From contig NEEC01000002.1 of the NCBI GenBank assembly GCA_002189035.1, forward strand, positions 6,076,001-6,140,000: a stretch of 64,000 bases of DNA, given 5' to 3'. The position numbers and the translations under genes are program-made. The notes under the pieces were generated by a model, which searched no databases, was not told the DNA's origin, and saw only the letters and a program-made list of their open reading frames with translations. Shown in pieces: positions 46,794 to 56,972 of this stretch (its first letter is position 1; the number at the start of each line of letters is the position of its first letter). The DNA is from Utricularia gibba (Eukaryota; Plantae; Magnoliophyta).

Positions 46794-49700
46794 TCAACGT
46801 TCGTTTCCTGGAGTCCAGTTGCTGGCTCCGGATGTTCCCAGGTCACAGACTATGATTTTTAGGTGGCGAGCTCCTTGGAAGTTCAGTACTTCGAGGCATT
46901 CACGCATATCGGAGTGGTTCACCAGAAGGATCCATTCATGTTCCTCATCTAGATACTTGAGTTGGAACTGCCCCATCTGCAGTTGGAACCTCTTGGCTAT
47001 CATTCCGTAGAGATGGTCACAACCCAGGTCTGGATCAAACTTGAATCTGACGGTGTCTTCTTTGTAAGAAGATTTTATTGTGATTCTGGATCCATGATCA
47101 CCGGCCCCGGTTCTCTGATGGCCCCTTTGAAAATTTCTGGAGCTGGAGCTGCTGCCATCGAGAATTGTGGCTGATCCATTCCACGAGCCTGAGGACACTT
47201 GTTGCTGATCCCCTTCCCCTTCATCTTCTGACTTAGCATGTAAGTGTTCATCAACCAATACAGAGTTCAAGTTTTGTGAAATAAGAGGTGGCAGCGCAGG
47301 AGGATTGGGGTTGCTACTGCTATTGTTCTGTGCCCAACCATTTGATGCTTCTACGGATGTAGAAACATGTGGAACTGCTGAAGGCATCCATTGCACGGGG
47401 CTCGGCTTAGGAATCCATGAGTGATTCGCACCCATGACATGAGCTCCTACGCATTCGCCAGTACTTTGAAGGCAAGTTTCTCCCTCTCTGACAACAGTGT
47501 TTTCAACGTCCAAATTTGCTGGTATACTTGCAGATTTTCCATCCTCAAACATGGAATCAGATTCTCCCATCAAAGAAGCACCGTTTGATAGCATGGCACT
47601 CATTCCAGAGTTGGAGCCTTGGACCAAGGAGGCTGTGCTGAGAATGCCCATTGACGAGTTCAACTTCAGTCCTCCCTGGACATGAACAGAATCAAGCACA
47701 CCTTGCAGTTTTCTCAAGGAACGGTTAACTTTATTTATTTTTCGAGAAGGCCATCTAGCAATGCCATATTCCCTACATATCCGTTTCAGGGTCGTTGGAC
47801 ACACTGCAAAGACAAGACATTGTTATCATTGCTAAAAGAACAGTTTCAGAAACTTTGTTGTATGTGCTATGTGACTGGTTTGCATACCTCCGATGCTCTT
47901 TGCGGCATCCTTGAGACTGCCAGAGAAATATTGTTGAAGAACACTTAAGCTCACATGCTTATCAGCAGTGCTTCGCTTCTTTCCCATCTGTTTCACAGGT
48001 CCAGTTCCCTACAGTAGCGAGTTCATAGCTCCCCCTTTATGTTCTAAATCAATATGAGCATTCACATTAAAGAGAACATATCACATGAAGATCTAATACC
48101 TGACGACTTGGACGAGCTTCCTGTACCCCCAAGGTTGGCAATCCTGATGAACAATGGCGATGATTCATTTTCCCACTAACAACCATGTGGCTGGAATTAC
48201 CTCCCAATGTGATGCCCTCATGATCCACAGGAGATTGAACCATGGAGATGCTACTTTGGAGGAGCTCTGTATCAGATACTGTTCTCAAAGTGGTGCATAT
48301 TCTTTGCATGGTGGTTGAAAGGTTATTCAGCAGAAGCTGTTGTTCGGCACCATCAGTAACTGTGACTGGAAGAAAGAACTCCAGTATATAATCATCATCT
48401 TCGGTGTGAGTACTTCTTAGCCGAATTGCCACTGCAGCATTTAGACCAAATTTCCGGGCATGGTGGACAAGTGGATACTCACTTATATGGTATTCTTTCA
48501 CATCAGGGTAGAAGAAGGGATGTGCTGATTTAAGGGCCTTCCCAACGACACCCTTTCCTTCCTCTAGATAATGCCCCAGACAAGTTTGCAAGAAGCCCTT
48601 CATATTCTTGTCATTCACATAGCTGGCAGTATCCTCGACACACAGTACATGTTTCCCACTTGAGCCATTGTGGGATCCTCTAGGCTGTATCTTTATAATT
48701 TCATTACCTGGTTCCTCTGTGCAGATACAAGGCATCCAAGTTAGAGCAAGAGGAAGTCGATGCACGTGACAAACGGTACGTAGTACATCTGCAATGTCTG
48801 ATAAGGCAGCTCTCTGGCCCTTGGACAGATTCTGTAAGAACAGGTCTATGCAGGTTAGGTTGAAAGCAAGAGTACATGAGATTACAAAAGGAACCGAAAA
48901 TTCCAAGACAAATAATCTGACCGAGTGCTTGCAACCTGTAAATAAAGTCTTGGTGGCAGAATGCTCCTCAAATTCACAGACTGCAAATATGCTCAGGTTT
49001 GAGTTGAATCATGCGATATTTGTGCTAAAACTGTAGAACTGAAGGTCTGACCTGAAGGGCATGACAAAGAGTTTCAATCTCAGGGTCGAAGTTTGACTTT
49101 TCCTTCCTGGTAACAAGTTCTAGCACTGCACAACACGAAGTGTCAGCTGAATCAACCTCCAAAATAGGTAAAGCAATAGATCCCCTGACTTCATAGGCAG
49201 CAGCATATTGAACACGTAAGTACTCAGCCTTATTGTAATACAATACATTTGATGTCCACTCTGGAATCTTTGACAAGAATACACGCCCAGGAAGTCCTGG
49301 GAAATAAAAGTATTTTTGGCTGCTTGATTTTGTTGGAGACTTGGTTGAACGTTGAGAGAATGTTGAAGTTTGTGGATATTGACTATTGTTTTTGGATCGA
49401 AAAGAACTTTCCTTTTTTTTCATAAAGCAAACAGGGATTTATATAGATGAGGAGAGTTGCCCGTTGGATCATATCAGGCCTAAAATATGACCGTTGCCTT
49501 TAGTCTGTAGATTAGTCCTCTTGTTCATCTACTGTGTAGCAGCCAGAATTTACTAGGACTTCTTTCATGGACTGGGCTTCAGATGCTTCTTCTTGGGCCA
49601 GTAGTTTGGAATGTTGAGGCCCAAGTATGATAAGGCCTTTTTCCCAATCTAATTGAGGGTTGCTTCTCATGGGAGGAACAGAGGTCGCGCGCCATTCATC

Positions 49701-52700
49701 TTCGCGGGTTGAGACTTCCCGGATCTTCGTTGCTCCACCACTTGCTGACATTCCTCCCTGAGGGAGTAATGAAGATCCGGCTGTTGTCACAAGAGGATTT
49801 CTCCGAATTCCCAGCATTTCTCTGATTCTGTTGAAATTCCTTGGGAATAAGCATTTGGTGAGAATATCTGCAGGTTGCTCATCCGATGGTAAGTACTCAA
49901 GTTTAATCAGTCCTTCCTTCACATAATCTCTGAGTATATGGTATTTAAGCTTGATGTGCTTGGTCCGACCGAACATCACAGGATTTTTTGCGATGCTAAT
50001 GGCAGATTTGTTATCTATCTTGAGTATTATCGGTCTTGTAATTTGAATTTTCAGGTCATCGCATAATTTCACCAACCATTGCGCATGGTTGGCAGCAGCA
50101 GCTCCTGCGATGTATTCGGCTTCTGCCGATGATTGTGCAGTGACGGCTTGTTTCTTGCTGTTCCATGAAAATACCGCTGATCCTAAGTTGAATAGATAGC
50201 CTGTGGTAGATTTACAATCTTGTTCGTCGCCAGCAAAGTCTGAATCAACAAATCCCTGCAAAATAGGGTTAGTACCTTTCTTGTAATATAAACCAAAGGA
50301 AGTTGTGGCCTTCAAATATTTCAGGATACGTGTTGCTATTTCCAGGTGTGTGTTGTGTGGCTGATGCATGAATCTGGCCAGAAATGATACGGCGAAGGTT
50401 ATATCCGGTCTAGTAGCAGTTAAATACATCAGAGCGCCAATGAGTTTCTGGTAGTTATGAGAGTCAACTGGATGAGAATTAAGGTCAGATAATTTCTTTC
50501 TAACTTCTGGTGAGAAAGGAGTAGTAGATACTTTTGATGATTCCATGCTGTATTTTTTGAGTAGTTCCTCTGTATATCTACGTTGGTTCAAAAATATGAA
50601 GTCTTTATGTTGAATGATCTCCATTCCTAGGAAATAACGTGCATGTCCCAGATTGGTGAGTTCAAATCTTTGCTGCAATAGCTTCTGTAATTCAGAAATT
50701 CGTTCTTCACTGCTGCCTGTGATTAGAATGTCGTCTACGTATAAGGAGACAATAACTTTTCCTTGGATATCCTCAGATATGTATAATGTAGTATCATTTT
50801 GACTTCTTGTATATCCAGCTCTAGAAAGAAAGTGTCAATGGTAGTATACCATTCTTTGGGGGCCTGCTTGAGTCCGTATAAAGCTTTATTTAATTTCAGT
50901 ACATATTCTGGATTATCTCGGATGATGAAACCTGGAGGGGGTTCACATATATGTCTTCGCTTAACTCTCCATGCAGAAAGGCCGTTTTTATGTCCAGATG
51001 ATGTAAATACCACTTGTTGCAGGCCGCAAGTGCAATAATCAGCTTAATGGTGTCTAATCTTGCCACCGGAGCGAAGGTTTCCAGGTAATCAATCCCTTCT
51101 TTCTGTAAATATCCCTTTACCACCAGTCTGGATTTTCTTTTGTTCAGAGTGCCATCAGGATTTAACTTGGGACGGAATATGAATTTTAGGTCCAGAGGTT
51201 TTTTCTGCTTCGGCTTAGGCACTGCTGTCCAAACGCCGTGTTTCTGGATGGAGTTGAATTCTTCGTCTATGGATTTCTTCCAATCTGGGTCAGCGAGAGC
51301 TTCCTGAACGCTTGCTGGTTCATAGGTGCTCAATGCCCTATCATAGATATCGTTGATTGGTGCATATCCTCGCACAGGTGAGCTGTCTTCATTTTGTTTC
51401 AGATCCATACATAGATGATGTGGGGTGTAAGGAACCCCTTCTTGTCCGTAATCTTCCAGGTAACTTTGCCTTTGAGGTGAGGGAATGAGTATAGGATTTC
51501 TTGCTGCTAGGTTGGGTCCTCGGTTTTGAGTTTCTTCATCTTCTCCTGATGAGTTTTCTTCTTCTGATGTATCGGTTGATGATAGCTCAGTGATTTCCTT
51601 TGGATTTCTGATGCTGTTGATGAGGGTTTCATGACATTCTAGAGTTTGTTCAGGTATGTGCTCTGAGTCTGCATCCTCATATCTCATGTCTTCGATAGTA
51701 GTGGCCAAGGAGCCTTCTGGAAACTGTTGGGTATTAACAGGATCTTCTGTTGTACAGGGGCTTTCGGGCTCAATTGTTCTCGGAACATCAGGACTAGGTG
51801 GTGGCAAATTTTCGCTATTAGAGACTTCTAGGATGTCTGTCGTTGACACCGAGTGTCCTCTTAAATCTGTTGAGTTTGAGGCTCGATCATTTGAGTTTGT
51901 GATTTGATCTTCTAGGGTTGCTTGGACCCTTAACATATTTGTTCCTGAGGCTGTCATTTCTTGTTGAATAGAGTCTTGACTAGGACTGTTCCTCGCTGGG
52001 TGGATGCTGAGGGGTTCGGTTGTTGCATCATGTCCTTGTTGAGGGAATAAATTCCATATATTTTCTGAATAAGAATGATTTTTGTCATGTGTTGTCGAGG
52101 AACTCCAGTTGTAAATTCTAGTCTCGTCTACTGTTACATCACGACTGAGTTCCACCTCATTTGTTCTTAGATTCAGTACCCTGTAGGCTTTACTTGTATT
52201 GCTATATCCCAGGAAAATTCCTTCATCAGATCTTTTGTCCCATTTTGATCTCTTCTCCTTTGGAATGTATATATAGCAGGGTGATCCAAATACCTTCATG
52301 TGATCTAGGCTTGGAATTTTGTTGTACCATAGCTCATAAGGAGTTTTACAGTCTTTATTTCCTTTGGTTGGCAGGCGGTTCAACAGATACACGGCTGTGT
52401 TGACTGCTTCGCCCCAGAATTCTAGAGGTAAGTGTTTTTGATAGAGTAGACACCGAGCCATATTGACTATTGTCCTGTTCTTTCGTTCACATATGCCGTT
52501 CTGCTCTGGCGTATATGGCGTTGTAAACTGGTGAGTAATACCATTTGTCTCACAAATGTGTCTCAGTTCAGTTGATTTGTACTCACCTCCGTTGTCTGAC
52601 CGGAGTGTTAGAATCTTACTATTGCTTTGAGTTTCTGCAAGGACCTTGAAGACTTGGAAGTGGTGCAAAACCTCTGATTTATGCTTCAGGAGATAGATCC

Positions 52701-55539
52701 AGGTATACTTTGAATATTCGTCAATAAAGATCACGTAATATTTGTTGCCGGCTCGAGTAGGAGAGGCCATGGGCCCACAGACGTCACTGGTAACAACTTC
52801 CAATTTTTTCTGAGAATGAATGCTGGACTTAGGGAGTGGTGTTCGGCTCATCTTCCCTTGAAAGCATATTCTGCAGTGTTTTTCCTCAGGAATTATATTA
52901 GGAATCCCCTCTGCCAGGTTTCTCTTCTTCATGGATATAAGGGAGGCATAGTGATGGTGACCTAACCGTTGGTGCCAAATCTCAGATGATTCTAGGGACT
53001 TGAGGCAAATGTTGTAATCGATGGATGTAGCATTCGGAAGCAGTGGAAAGACCCTATCAGTCATAGCAACCGTAAGGAGTATATTATCTTCTTCATCTAA
53101 TATTTTGCACTCATTACTTTCCAGATGAACTTTCATCCCCTTTTCAACCAGCTGGCCAGTGCTTAGTAGATTGTGGTAGGCCTGGGGCACCAGATACACG
53201 TCTGTGATCTTGATTAATTTCTGGACAGTTTCAAGGCAAACTGTTCCTTGACCGATGACCTGTAAGTGATTTCCATCAGCAATTTCGATTACTTTCCCAG
53301 TTAGCTCGATGAAGGTTGTGAATAGACTCTTGTCGTTGGTTATATGATGACTGCATCCGCTATCGATAAACCAGATGTCTTGTTTCCTTAGATCCACAAA
53401 TGATGTGATTAGAGTTTTGCGGCGCAGAGAGTAAATATCAATCTTCTTCTTATTCATTTCAGCTGCGAGATTTACATCATTCATAGCGCTAGTAAGTTTG
53501 TCCTTAGGATCTGCAGCCTTTCCTCCAATCTGATGGTATTTTTTCAGGGGACACACTTTGTCCACATGACCTTGGAGAGAACAGTACAGGCATTTGGCGT
53601 CAGGGCTCCAGAAACATTGTGTTGGTGAATGGCCTTTTCGCTTGCAGAATGGGCATGAATCTCCAGTACTTGGTTTCTCAATTTTTGCTTGAAAGATCAC
53701 CGGTTCATTTGATGATTGAGAACCATAGCCTTTCTGATTTTCTGTTGCCTTGAAGGCAAGTTCCTGGCCTTCACCAAGTCCGACTTCAACTTCGGATTCA
53801 CTGAGTCTTTCTAGTAGTTTTCTGGAGGATATGGAGTGAATGCCTGTGACCCGCAAAGTAGTGACTACAGGGGCAAAGGACCGCGGTAGGGAACTGAGTA
53901 TTTTTGATTTAATTCTTCTGTCTTCCAAGGGCTCTCCAAGGTCTGTAACTCAGTGACAATTTTGATTAGCGTTTCTGAAAAATGAGAGATACTCATACCT
54001 GGTAAGAATTTCAGGTTGTCAAAGAGCTCCCATTGACGTTGAATGCGGCTCTCACGGGCTTCCGTATCCTCTCCGTAGAATTCCTCCAATTTTTTCCAGA
54101 TGTCTTTGGACTTTTCAGTAGCATAACACGGTTGAACACTTCTTCAGATAAGGCTTGATCCAGAGCATACTTAGCTTTCTTTACTTGAGCATCTGTGAGT
54201 TTGAGACTTTCTGCTGTGGCTATTTCAGAGGAGTCTGGACGTACAGGATCCACCACAGACCATAAGTCGTTCATTTGCAGGTAACTTTCCATTCGTACTG
54301 CCCAAGAAGCGTAGCGCTGACCAGTGAAGATTGGAGGAGCTTGTTGGAGGGCTGCCATTCTGAGAGACTGCAATGATAAGAGGAGATGGGAGTCGGTGAA
54401 GTATCTTCACGTCGGGTTCACCATAAAAGTATTTTTGGCTGCTTGATTTTGTTGGAGACTTGGTTGAACGTTGAGAGAATGTTGAAGTTTGTGGATATTG
54501 ACTATTGTTTTTGGATCGAAAAGAACTTTCCTTTTTTTTCATAAAGCAAACAGGGATTTATATAGATGAGGAGAGTTGCCCGTTGGATCATATCAGGCCT
54601 AAAATATGACCGTTGCCTTTAGTCTGTAGATTAGTCCTCTTGTTCATCTACTGTGTAGCAGCCAGAATTTACTAGGACTTCTTTCATGGACTGGGCTTCA
54701 GATGCTTCTTCTTGGGCCAGTAGTTTGGAATGTTGAGGCCCAAGTATGATAAGGCCTTTTTCCCAATCTAATTGAGGGTTGCTTCTCATGGGAGGAACAG
54801 AGGTCGCGCGCCATTCATCTTCGCGGGTTGAGACTTCCCGGATCTTCGTTGCTCCACCACTTGCTGACAGGAAAGACCCTGGTTTAGATTCTGCAGAAAA
54901 AGTAAACGATCGAGATATCTCACGGTACTCGAAAAATGTTTGATCAAGTAAATAAGGCTGTTCGCAAGTGCTCAATATATACTGGTCCCCCTTCTTCAGA
55001 GGAAGCCACACTTGTGCCAAGACGCCCCCACCAGACTCTTCATTGAAAAGATGCAATGCCGCAAGCAGCTTTTCAGCTAATGATCGCTTGAGAGGCCTTG
55101 AGATGAAGGTTTTGCCCATATAATCAGGTACATTACAATGACTTGATCTAAAATTCTCAACGAATTCAAATTCATTATTGGCAGACTCTGTAGCAAGCGG
55201 TAAATGGCTGTCTGTATCATGCAACACCAATTTCTCTCCACAGTGGAGCGTAGCTCCCAAGACATCACCATTATCTGTGGTAATTCCTGAAGCCCCAAAG
55301 CTTGGAGAAAAGCTCATTGACACTGCATCGAGAGGGGACATCATGAAAAACGGGGAGGAAAAGTCACTCATGTCGACAGAACCGCTGCAAAACCCAGCAT
55401 TTGTATCAAGGTTCATCAACTCCGCAGTACTAGAAAATGTATCATGAAGATAAGAAGAGCCCATCACAACTGCATGTTTGGACCCTCCATCTATCTCAGT
55501 TAACTGGTCATTCATCCTTTCTTTACCTGGATATTCCAT
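46794..55539 (-). CDS. NLP8/9: NIN-like protein (NLP8/9 clade; RWP-RK + PB1), interrupted in exon 1 by a Copia insertion
   Basis: Exon 1 is 55539-54870 plus 49299-49052, then 48980-48936, 48831-48100, 48008-47888, 47803-46794. Motifs [72 protein letters not shown]-terminal PB1. Removing the element and one TSD restores an uninterrupted frame. Confidence 0.93.
49305..49750 (-). repeat. 3' LTR, 446 bp
   Basis: No difference from 54424-54869 found by eye; element-sense termini TGTCAG...ACTTTTA; TATATAAA at 49445-49438. Confidence 0.97.
54406..54423 (-). promoter_or_regulatory. Primer-binding site complementary to the 3' 18 nt of cytosolic tRNA-Trp(CCA)
   Basis: Element sense TGGTGAACCCGACGTGAA; plus strand TTCACGTCGGGTTCACCA equals the plant tRNA-Trp 3' end (...GATT CACGT CGGGTTC A + CCA) as I recall it. 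Confidence 0.85.
54424..54869 (-). repeat. 5' LTR, 446 bp
   Basis: Identical by eye to the 3' LTR; directly abuts the PBS. Confidence 0.97.
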
Positions 55540-56972
55540 TTAACTAAACCACCAAACTGATCCCATTTACACTCACAAATCACCAACAAAAAACTTCACA
55601 CATTTCTGCTCAAAATATTCAACAAGCTTCACTTCTCCAACCACTCGCTTCCCCTGTAAAGCAGAGATCAAGCCGAAATTCATCTCCATTCATACATTTA
55701 GAAAGAAACAAAGAAAAAGCATTTTTTTCCCCACAGCACATAAGGGCGTCCACATACATCACTCAATTCACAACCATCAACAGCAAAAGCTCAAAAATTA
55801 CCACTAAACCTAATACAACCCCTCTTCTACTTCACACGAATCAACAGGCAGCTCAAGATCAAAAAATTAACCACAGCAGTTGACCAAAACCTCTGAATTT
55901 CCCATTCCAGTCAGACAATCGACTCAACCAAGTTTCCAAAAAAGGCCAACAGACAATTTCCCAACTCCTGAAAAGCGGAAACTTGTGCGAAATACCAGAA
56001 ACAACAAGAAAAACAGTGAATGGAATCCGAGAAAGCACTGAAGTTGACCGTCGAGCATCGGGATCTTGACATCTGTGCCGTGTTACGGAATCTAATTTAC
56101 AAAAATGGAAGCACGTTTTTTTGTGGTCGGAATTCGACGTAGTTTTTCAAATTTAATCAATACGGTAGTTGGCGAATAAAATAAGTAAAAAAGGACAATT
56201 ATTTGGCATTATTTGTAGTATTTGGATGGATGTAGGGTGACGTAATAATTCATTGGAAGTCCCAGTTTCAATAATCAAAAAATAGTCACATTATTTGATA
56301 GGAATGTTGGTCATATCAATGGTAAAGCATTTATATCTCTAAATATTTATCATTAAATATATATGTATCATTATTCAAATATTATATTTATTTATCATGT
56401 ATTTGAGAAATGAATATTTAAATAAAAATATATTTTAAATATTTATTAATTCATGATGTTATATATTACTATTTATCGAAGATGTAATTAAGATGTATAA
56501 TTTAACATAAAATAATTTTTTATATTTAATATGTGTAATTTTTATTTAATATAAATTAAAAGTACTTTTTATAATATGTTAAATAGAAAAAAAACACCCA
56601 GCAAATAATTATGTTTAAAGAATATACCAACTTCTAATTAATTATTATATAAAATTATTTGATAAAACTAATTATTCTAATCATCTCTGAGTTTGCTCCA
56701 GTTTGAATGTGTGTGTGGTATTTCTGTGTGTCTCCAGGAAGGCTGGATTTTCTTGATTGCAGGTGAGAGTCTCCGTCTCTAGGTGTAAACATCTTGATTC
56801 ATGTGCATGTTATTGAAGCGGTGTCCGTGGTTACGGGTTTCTCTTTCATGCGCCCAATATGTTCGATGAAATGCGTGACTCAATTTTATTGTTTTAGCTT
56901 CTTGGTGTGCTGCTTTTCGTTTCTGAATGCATTGGGGAGTCCCTTTTTAGTTGTTGCGTCTTCCAGATTGTG

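Larger units (their letters stand above)
49305..54869 (-). mobile_element. Full-length Ty1/Copia LTR retrotransposon (5565 bp; Ivana/Oryco-like by inference)
   Basis: LTRs 54424-54869 and 49305-49750, TSD GGAAA at 49300-49304 and 54870-54874, PBS 54406-54423, PPT 49751-49760. Gag ([14 protein letters not shown]; CPFCKRKGH and CLYCSLQGH zinc knuckles), protease [13 protein letters not shown]-pre-integrase and IN, RT (YVDD), RNase H in Copia order. Four -1 frameshifts. Confidence 0.98.

Noticed and set aside
54406-54423. tRNA-Trp gene
   Set aside because: Only the last 18 nt including CCA are present and there is no cloverleaf; it is the retrotransposon PBS.
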